Positions 1-499 of a stretch of 499 nt of DNA are shown here, piece after piece (positions within the stretch are counted from its first letter, which is position 1; every line of letters starts with the position of its first letter). The position numbers and the translations under genes were made by a program. The stretch lies in the sequence record EF517068.1; one strand, given 5' to 3'. The notes under the pieces are model-generated. The model was not told the DNA's origin and did not search any database. It saw only the letters and a program-made list of their open reading frames with translations. Source of the DNA: a phage.

Positions 1-239
1 TTCAGGCAATTTTAGAGAAAGATATGCTGCATCTATGTAAACAGGTCGGCTCAGGTGCGATTGTCCCCAATGGTAAACAAAAGGAAATGATTGTCCAGTT
101 CCTGACACACGGTATGAAAGGATTGATGACATTCGTAGTACGTACATCATTTCGTGAGGCCATTAAGGACATGCACGAAGAGTATGCAGATAAGGACTCT
201 TTCAAACAATCTCCTGCAACAGTACGGGAGGTGTTCTGA
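1..239 (+). CDS. 5.5: 5'-partial CDS, C-terminal part of a T7 gp5.5-like protein (H-NS-binding host-takeover protein). First complete codon in the window is nt 3-5; stop is TGA 237-239.
   Basis: Seen in sequence: the frame is open from nt 3 with no in-frame stop (cag gca att tta gag aaa gat precede ATG 24), so the true start lies upstream and the ORF-track start at 24 is probably an internal Met. There is no convincing SD before nt 24. The stop overlaps the next gene's start (TGATG). Recollection: the translation ...QAILEKDMLHLCKQVGSGAIVPNGKQ...SPATVREVF matches what I remember of the C-terminus of T7 gp5.5 (about 99 aa). Not database-verified. Confidence 0.72.
   Translation, partial: QAILEKDMLHLCKQVGSGAIVPNGKQKEMIVQFLTHGMKGLMTFVVRTSFREAIKDMHEEYADKDSFKQSPATVREVF
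226..233 (+). promoter_or_regulatory. Shine-Dalgarno / ribosome-binding site for the 239-448 CDS, located inside the 3' end of the upstream CDS.
   Basis: GGGAGGTG is complementary to the 16S rRNA 3' end and lies 5 nt from ATG 239, an appropriate spacing. Confidence 0.75.
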
Positions 240-448
240 TGTCTGACTACCTGAAAGTGCTGCAAGCAATCAAAAGTTGCCCTAAGACTTTCCAGTCCAA
301 CTATGTACGGAACAATGCGAGCCTCGTAGCGGAGGCCGTTTCCCGTGGTCACATCTCGTGCCTGACTACTAGTGGACGTAACGGTGGCGCTTGGGAAATC
401 ACTGCTTCCGGTACTCGCTTTCTGAAACGAATGGGAGGATGTGTCTAA
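239..448 (+). CDS. 5.7: Complete CDS, 69 aa, T7 gp5.7-like protein (reported inhibitor of sigma-S RNA polymerase holoenzyme in T7).
   Basis: Seen in sequence: ATG 239-241 overlaps the upstream stop (TGATG); GGGAGGTG at 226-233 sits 5 nt upstream as SD; stop TAA 446-448 overlaps the next start (TAATG). The translation MSDYLKVLQAIKSCPKTFQSNYVRNNASLVAEAVSRGHISCLTTSGRNGGAWEITASGTRFLKRMGGCV is 69 aa, the size I recall for T7 gp5.7. Not database-verified. Confidence 0.78.
   Translation: MSDYLKVLQAIKSCPKTFQSNYVRNNASLVAEAVSRGHISCLTTSGRNGGAWEITASGTRFLKRMGGCV
433..439 (+). promoter_or_regulatory. Shine-Dalgarno / ribosome-binding site for the CDS starting at 448, located inside the 3' end of the upstream CDS.
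   Basis: GGGAGGA lies 8 nt upstream of ATG 448-450, an appropriate spacing. Confidence 0.75.
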
Positions 449-499
449 TGTCTCGTGACCTTGTGACTATTCCACGCGATGTGTGGAACGATATACAGG
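448..499 (+). CDS. 5.9: 3'-partial CDS, N-terminus of a T7 gp5.9-like protein (RecBCD inhibitor); only the first 17 codons are in the window.
   Basis: Seen in sequence: ATG 448-450 overlaps the upstream TAA (TAATG); GGGAGGA at 433-439 sits 8 nt upstream as SD; the frame stays open to the window end. The N-terminus MSRDLVTIPRDVWNDIQ matches my recollection of the T7 gp5.9 N-terminus. Only 17 residues are visible, so the acidic character of the full protein cannot be assessed here. Confidence 0.7.
   Translation, partial: MSRDLVTIPRDVWNDIQ

Noticed and set aside
209-232. Possible phage-type (T7/T3/SP6/K11-like) promoter immediately upstream of the GGGAGG at 226-231, since T7 promoters often run into a GGGAGA initiating sequence.
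   Set aside because: The 17 nt upstream (atctcctgcaacagtac) do not resemble the TAATACGACTCACTATA core or the T3, SP6 or K11 variants. The GGGAGG is better explained as a Shine-Dalgarno.
321-336. Short inverted repeat GCCTC-gtagcg-GAGGC (5-bp stem, 6-nt loop) inside the 239-448 CDS.
   Set aside because: The stem is too short and there is no downstream U-run, so it is not a credible intrinsic terminator. It lies mid-gene and such hairpins occur by chance. It is not a recognisable RNase III site either.
2-352. 116-aa ORF on the minus strand (GTG start at 352-350, stop at 4-2), antisense to the first two + strand genes.
   Set aside because: It lies entirely antisense to two + strand genes that have strong SDs and coupled start/stop junctions. 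Its translation is Cys-rich with a low-complexity look typical of antisense artefacts, it uses a GTG start with no evident SD, and T7-like phages encode essentially all genes on one strand.
241-370. Repeated 8-9-mer CTGACTAC at 243-250 and 362-369, plus similar gene starts (ATGTCTGAC at 239 and ATGTCTCGTGAC at 448).
   Set aside because: The copies are short and out of phase with each other, which is consistent with chance and codon usage. There is no array structure or spacing suggesting a repeat element, CRISPR or binding-site cluster.
416-439. Possible phage-type promoter upstream of the GGGAGGA at 433-439.
   Set aside because: The upstream 17 nt (cgctttctgaaacgaat) have no similarity to T7-family promoter consensus sequences. 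The element is positioned as an SD for the ATG at 448.

Overview
The window is a compact, single-strand (+) block of three small, translationally coupled genes, which I read as the gene 5.5 / 5.7 / 5.9 cluster of phage T7 or a very close relative. This is well-characterised biology rather than an undescribed system, and I see no evidence of novelty. The first gene is 5'-truncated by the window edge (frame open from nt 3, ending TGA 237-239); the second is complete (239-448, 69 aa); the third begins at 448 and runs off the 3' end. The junctions overlap by one base (TGATG at 237-241, TAATG at 446-450), and each downstream start is preceded by a strong GGGAGG Shine-Dalgarno. The identification rests on my recollection of T7 protein sequences and sizes (gp5.5 about 99 aa, gp5.7 69 aa, gp5.9 52 aa starting MSRDLVTIPRDVWNDIQ); I could not run a database search. 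No promoter, terminator, RNA gene, repeat array or mobile element is supported. The 116-aa minus-strand ORF is judged an antisense artefact.
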